Assembly (NCBI GenBank): GCA_963708135.1 | Contig: OY970192.1 | Coordinates: 4,512,001-4,576,000 of the forward strand | Reading direction: 5' to 3' | DNA: 64,000 bases | Origin: an uncultured Gemmatimonadales bacterium | Lineage (GTDB): Bacteria > Gemmatimonadota > Gemmatimonadetes > Longimicrobiales > RSA9 | Shown here: positions 62,388 through 64,000 of the stretch, piece by piece | Layout of the letters: each line of letters starts with the position of its first letter | Numbering within the stretch: the first letter of the stretch is position 1 | Program-made: the position numbers and the translations under genes | Notes under the pieces: model-generated | Seen by the model: the letters and a program-made list of their open reading frames with translations, nothing else | Database searches by the model: none | Told to the model about the DNA's origin: nothing

Positions 62388-64000
62388 ATGCGCGCCCGGA
62401 TCTCACTCGTCCTGACCACCCTGGTCACGGTGTTCCTCATCGAGGGGCAGCGGGTCTTCTTCGGCTCCCTCTTCGGGCTCGTCTCGGACGCGCTCTTCCC
62501 GACCCTCCGCCCCGGCGCAGTGCTGCTGGTCATGGTGCCGGTGCTCCCGCTCCTGCTGCTGCTCATCCCCTTCTCGCGACGGGTGGCGAGGGCGCCGCTC
62601 GTCGCCGCCTCGGCCACCGCAGCCGGGCTCGCCCGCCTCGCGGTGCTGGCGCCGCCGTTTCCGGTGCGCGCGGCCGCCTCCGCCGTCACGATCGTGGCGG
62701 CCGGCCTGTTTCTCGCCAATGCGGTGGGCGAGCTCGAGCGGCGCAGCGTGGCCGCCGGCGTCGCGGGAGGGATCCTCCTGGACCAGCTGCTGCGCTGGGC
62801 TGGCCACACACGCGACCTGACGCTCGCGCCTGGCTGGCTCGTGCCGCAGGTCGGAACCAGCCTCATCGTCGGGCTCCTCGCCTATGCATGGCTGCGGGTC
62901 CGACCCACGGAGCACGAGGCCGGCCTCGAGCGCCGGACCGGCGGCCTGCGGCTGCGCGGAGCCGTCGCCCTCGGCATCATCCTCTTCCTCGAGAGCAACG
63001 TGCTGGCGGTGCCGGCGGTGGCGGCGCACTGGGCGGGGATCGACCTCCGGCTCACCCGCGCCGCGCTGGCGCTCGCGAGCGCCGCCGCGGTGCTCCGGCT
63101 CCTGACCGGTGGCGGGACCGCGCGCTTCTATCGCCGCAGGCTCCTGCTCATGGCGATCCTCGCGGCGCTACCGGCCATCCTGTTCGCCGGCCGGGTCTCC
63201 GGCATCCTGCTGGCCGCAGCGTTCGTGGCGGCCCACGCCTCCGCGCTGCTGCTGCTCGGCCGCGCGCTCGCTCCCGCGAGCGGCCGCCGCGGCGGCTGGA
63301 CGGTGCTGGCCACACTCGCGATCCTGCTGGCGCTCGACCTGCTCTTCGGCCTGACCTTCTTCTCCGCCTACACGATTGCGGCCATGCACGGGGCGGCGCC
63401 CTGGATCTTCTCCGGTGCCGCGCTCCTGCTCACGGCCGCGCTGATCCTGCTCCCGCGCCCGGCCCGCTCGGCGCCGCTCCTCGGCCGTGGCGCTGCGCTG
63501 GCGCTGTTCCTGACGTGTGCGGCGGCAGCCGGCGCCTGGCTTTTCCACGGGCGTGAGGCCGCCCCCCGCCTGCCGCCGGCGGACGCTCACGCGCCGGTGC
63601 GGGTCGCGACCTTCAACGTGCACCTGGGATTCGACGAGGAGTGGCGGCAGGACCCGGAGGCGATCGCCCGGGCGATCGAGGCGACGGGGGCGGACCTGGT
63701 CGCCCTGCAGGAGGTCCCGGTCGGGCTCGTAATGGCCTACAACATCGATCTCGGATCGTGGCTGGCGGATCGGCTCGGCATGCGGGTCTACTACGCGCCC
63801 ATCGTGCACGGGCTTCTGGGCAGCGCCTTCCTCACTCGTTTGCCCGCCACGGGCTTCCGTGCGTGGCTGCTCCCCGGCGGGCCGGGGCGGGCGGGCGCCG
63901 TCGAGCCCAAGGCGCTCCTCCGCCTGGAGCTGCCGGGAGATCGAGATACGCTTCCGGCCTATACCGTGCGCCTCGGTCTCACCCCCGGCGAGCGCGGTGC
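62388..64000 (+). CDS. Polytopic membrane protein with C-terminal endonuclease/exonuclease/phosphatase domain (3' truncated by window edge)
   Basis: Open frame from ATG 62388 (MRARISLVLTTLV...) with many TM helices, then VRVATFNVHLGF...GADLVALQEV. Missing from the ORF track because there is no stop in the window. Confidence 0.8.
   Translation, partial: MRARISLVLTTLVTVFLIEGQRVFFGSLFGLVSDALFPTLRPGAVLLVMVPVLPLLLLLIPFSRRVARAPLVAASATAAGLARLAVLAPPFPVRAAASAVTIVAAGLFLANAVGELERRSVAAGVAGGILLDQLLRWAGHTRDLTLAPGWLVPQVGTSLIVGLLAYAWLRVRPTEHEAGLERRTGGLRLRGAVALGIILFLESNVLAVPAVAAHWAGIDLRLTRAALALASAAAVLRLLTGGGTARFYRRRLLLMAILAALPAILFAGRVSGILLAAAFVAAHASALLLLGRALAPASGRRGGWTVLATLAILLALDLLFGLTFFSAYTIAAMHGAAPWIFSGAALLLTAALILLPRPARSAPLLGRGAALALFLTCAAAAGAWLFHGREAAPRLPPADAHAPVRVATFNVHLGFDEEWRQDPEAIARAIEATGADLVALQEVPVGLVMAYNIDLGSWLADRLGMRVYYAPIVHGLLGSAFLTRLPATGFRAWLLPGGPGRAGAVEPKALLRLELPGDRDTLPAYTVRLGLTPGERG

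Overview
Very GC-rich bacterial chromosome segment, densely coding. The gene repertoire suggests Gemmatimonadota (inference only, not verified). Contents in order: a partial patatin/DUF3376 gene; hutU-hutF; an M28 peptidase, M50-CBS protease, NUDIX and ChlI/MoxR-like AAA run; mutY and a vWA gene; an M14 peptidase; mlaE-F-D; two tandem VPS10/BNR proteins; a TolC-MFP-MacB-type efflux operon whose ATPase gene is internally deleted; a truncated IS630; an ABC pair; PAP2; an orphan MshEN-PilB/GspE; a prkA-yeaH-spoVR operon; luxE/luxC-like genes without luciferase; a macrodomain; a broken lytic transglycosylase; and a lipoprotein-histidine kinase-TrxB-like operon. The most notable locus is a compact gas-vesicle-type operon at 54346-62341: gvpF/L, gvpG, a tandem Get3/ArsA-family ATPase, gvpF/L, a frameshifted gvpS/J-like gene, gvpF/L, gvpK, gvpJ, gvpA and a PAS-PAS histidine kinase. 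It has no gvpN, gvpO or gvpC, and sensor kinases lie on both sides with no response regulator in the window. I saw no rRNA, tRNA or CRISPR array. All family calls come from reading motifs by eye; no database searches were run.
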